Below are positions 22,816 through 26,317 of a stretch of 26,317 bases of DNA, piece by piece (position 1 is the stretch's first letter; every line of letters begins with the position of its first letter). Made by a program: the position numbers and the translations under genes. The notes below the pieces were generated by a model. That model made no database searches. It saw nothing but the letters and a program-made list of their open reading frames with translations, and had not been told where the DNA came from. The stretch comes from Tubiluchus corallicola (lineage: Eukaryota; Animalia; Priapulida): assembly GCA_030141605.1 (NCBI GenBank), contig JAQGDQ010001765.1, forward strand, positions 1 through 26,317, written 5' to 3'.

Positions 22816-23799
22816 CGACATCAGTTTTTTTTAAATTAAGATTAATTTCTAGATGACAAAAGTCTTTCCTCTGGCTTCCTGGGCTACAGACACACATCTC
22901 GACTACCACGATGAAGCCTTCGCAATGCTGACGTGATTGGGCAACCATTAACAGTTGCTGTATTACTGCAGCGCCACCAAATCAAAGCCTTTTGTCAGCG
23001 GCTCAGATTTAGAACCTAATATTCTTAGGTACACAGAATAAAAAGATATATTATTGCCCGTCGCTTGGAGCAATGTTGATCTTAGATTGGTAAGTCTATA
23101 AACTCTGCAAACTCGCCTTTTGATCGCCTATATATCGCGTAGAACCAAAGAGAAAGGGAGAGGGGGTGGAAATGAGGGTGGAGGGCGGTTCTGAAGGTGG
23201 TTTTCCCTCTTTCACACCAGTCCAAGGCAAATTAAGCCGTCAAAGATGATTCAAGATATTTCCAAGATGATTCACGATTATTATTACCTGCATGTTAAAG
23301 GAAAACCGGACGATTGTTTAGACTCAATCTCATTATAACTTACTATCCAAAATATACAGTTTCTTGCCTATAAAAGTTAACAAACATTAAAAAAACGTTA
23401 AATAATTGTCATGCTCGTGTTCAGTTTACTTTTTCATATCTTGATATGTTTTTTTAATTTGAAATTGTTAGTTACTTACTGTTATTTATATATTCGTTAG
23501 ATTATGTAATAAATCGTTTAACTTTTTGAGATAAGTTCCAAAAAGTTTTGAGATAACTTTTTTGAGATATGAGATATGAGATAACGATGATTTAATTGTT
23601 GTGAACTCCTCTGATTTGACATCTTAAGTTCCCTGCTACATTGTTCAGAAATTGTCTCTACAAACGTGTTATAATTGTGAAAAATTTTAACTTTCATTAG
23701 TTAAAAACAACTGTCAGATTCTTTACCGATGACCAAGCTTTACAAAAACTTAATTGCTGTTGATATTTTTATATTATTTATTGATTTCTTCGTTTTTTT

Positions 23800-24145
23800 G
23801 CTTATTTAGTTTTTCACTCGCCAATGCATACATTTTATTTACTAACATATTTATTTATTTATTTATTTATGTATAATTTATTTATTTGTTTGTTTATTTG
23901 TTTGTTTTTCTTATTTAGTTCTTCGTTTGCTTATTCATGCATTTTTTAAATTACTAACTTATTTATTTATTTATTTATTTATTTATAATTTATTTAATTT
24001 ATTTATTTGTTTGTTTTTTCTTATTTAGTTCTTCATTTGCCTATGCATGCATTTTATTTAATAACCTATTTTTTTATTTATTCATTTGTTTATAATCCAC
24101 TTATTTGTTTATTTTTTTTATTATATATATATATATATATATATT
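23800..24145 (+). repeat. ~110-bp AT-rich tandem repeat (3 copies) containing (TTTA)n, followed by (TA)n
   Basis: CTTATTTAGTT(T/C)TTC at 23801, 23910 and 24020. Confidence 0.8.
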
Positions 24146-24749
24146 AACTTTTTCCCTTTTGCCACAAAGCTGAATTATTTAATTAATTTTTTTCTTTTCT
24201 TTACTTGATTATATTTGTATTATTTTTTGTGTTGCTCCTACTTAGTCAAATTACGTGTCTGTTATTATTGCATGTTCTGTTGGCATATTTTTTAAATTGT
24301 CACTCATTGTTTTCAGTTTGCTCTATTAATTTTTGAAGTGCCTAAAACTTTTCATTAATTTAATTGCAGAAGGAAGGCTGACTTGATGACCAATTCATCC
24401 CTCGCTACCCTTTTCCTACACCCCATGTAATGCATCTTCTGACCTCTTCACACTTACACTGCCTCCGAATGATTTTAATTTTTTTATATATGTAACTAAT
24501 CTTTGCTTTTACCCTACAAAATGTGTATTTTGTGGAGATAAATAAAAATTGTCCATATCTATGCACTGTTAAGCAAAATGTGATAAGTGGCTACTTACTT
24601 ATTGGGAATACAATTATTAGTAGTATATAGATCCAGCAGTTGTTCTTAATCTTATTCAGATCACTTGCTGATTATTGAAACGAGGATAAAGACTAAACCA
24701 TTGAAGTAAGTGACCGCGCCTCACCTTATCACTAAAAAATTTTTCAAGC

Positions 24750-25700
24750 AATGTGATTCTACTGGTCATATTTATTGCTCATTATGTTTTAGCACTTTCA
24801 AATTTGCGTAAAAATCAAAATTGCATTTTTGTTGCAGTTTCCTTCTTACTCATAATCAAACCTGACAATAACAGAAATCTTCTTATTGATGAATCAGCTG
24901 TTGCACTTGTAGTTCTCTCCACTACATTTTCTCTAATCCTTTTATATTTGCTACAAGTAAATAAATGTTCTGTTGTGTCTAATTCACTAACTGCGCATGA
25001 CACATTAAATTTCTTATAAATGAACCCTTAAAATTTGTTTTTACTTTGACCATATAAAGTCTTAAATCCAAAATACTTTTAACTTCTACATGACTGAATG
25101 TTGTAAAATAATCCATCTAAGACCATTTATTGCTTTCCAGAAATCTTGGTTTTGCACTCTTGTTTATATTTTCACGGCATTTGTCTTGTATCACCTATGT
25201 TATTTTAAATTTTACACGTTTTTTTCGGATTTCTTTTGATTTTTCACATAATTATTCCTTGTCAATATTAATACCATAAATCTTTGCTATTTTTTCAATT
25301 TCACTATGCCACTTATCATCATGCCAGTATTTCATTTGCTGCACTAGAACTTTGCTGGCTAACTTTCGCTTCCTGATATTAGGAGAGTCTTGTAAGGCAT
25401 AAATCATTTGTGTGGCAAATACGTTCTTCAATTGGCCAAATTCCCAATTCTGATATTAACCCCCAGTAACTTGTAGTTTAAGTCATTCCCAACATATGAA
25501 CCTTCTTAGTGACTTGCCTTAAATGCTTTCTAATTCATCAAACTCATTTCTTTTCATGTTTGACCAAGCTTCAGAATTATGATGGTTTTGCATGTAATTC
25601 ATAAAGTTTTAGTTTTATTCCTGCTGACATTATTCCTACATTATTAATATTTGCTACCAGTATTTGATTTGTTTTGTTTTCTTGGGTGTTACATAGTTAC
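24750..25700 (-). mobile_element. Decayed non-LTR retrotransposon ORF2 C-terminal region with a CCHC-type zinc knuckle
   Basis: NSEAWSNM...ELESI*GKSLRR, TSYWGLISELGIWPIEERI, LRLYMV..KTNFK and C...DTTEHLFTCSKY motifs with stops and frameshifts; clade (RTE-X-like?) uncertain. Confidence 0.75.
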
Positions 25701-26317
25701 GTTGTAAAAATTACAACAATTATTTTCTTAGTACTTTTTAAAATCAGTTCTGTAAGCTTTTCTAAAGCAATAGTAATCAAACGTTGAACGATATCAATAG
25801 TTAATGCGGTTTTTATTATAATTATTATAATTGGCAAAAAAGTCCAATCTATCAGTCTCTGTGGCCTGTTGGCTAGACAAAAGAATGAAATTACAACGAA
25901 TATATGTACTGATATGCGATCATCGCTTGCGTGCTTTTCTTCTGCGATTCAACATTTCAACGTGAGCATTGCTAAAGTCTAGCATGGCATTCAAAGTCGT
26001 CTGCTATTTATGCTATCTCAAGAGTTTTATGTTACAGTATTAATTGACAGTATGTTATAGTTATCCCAATAAGGCAAGTGTAGTAATAAAATAGTAGTAC
26101 CCTTTTTAAACCTAAATATAGCTTTGTGTGGATGCTCAGCAGGAGGTACCTTCTGATATTGTCTGTGCTGCCACTCTTTCAATTCCCGACGTGCAAAATA
26201 ACATTAATTCACATTCGTAATGGCATTAATTGTTTATTAGCAATCATTAATGTTACAAAAATGCAGTATAACAGTTCGCATTAGGACGGTTCTGTAAGAA
26301 GTCTGAGATTCATAAAG

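Noticed and set aside
22301-22948. Leu/Cys/Ala-rich ORFs resembling membrane or secreted proteins
   Set aside because: Degenerate trinucleotide array open in multiple frames; no domain recognised

Overview
AT-rich, repeat-saturated eukaryotic (most likely invertebrate animal) non-coding DNA. I find no credible intact protein-coding gene: almost all listed ORFs are translated microsatellites, and the few with real protein signal are decayed non-LTR retrotransposon ORF2 fragments. The window contains: (i) a long inverted repeat (1-683 / 1067-2282) with a 23-bp minisatellite in each arm and a piggyBac-type MITE inserted into one arm; (ii) three TTAA-flanked piggyBac-type MITEs from two families; (iii) a CACTA MITE with a 3-bp TSD whose core is (AAT)n, and a TA-flanked inverted repeat around (TA)n; (iv) a Penelope-type minimal hammerhead ribozyme motif (15206-15249) and a more degenerate one on the minus strand; (v) a probable solo LTR and two hairpin-rich segments sharing its CTTATAAC end; (vi) a tRNA-like Pol III A/B-box head; (vii) many micro- and minisatellites, several of them attached to mobile elements. 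A few splice-signal-bounded candidate exons are reported at low confidence. I see no convincing evidence of a wholly new biological system. All family assignments come from my own motif recognition, not database searches.
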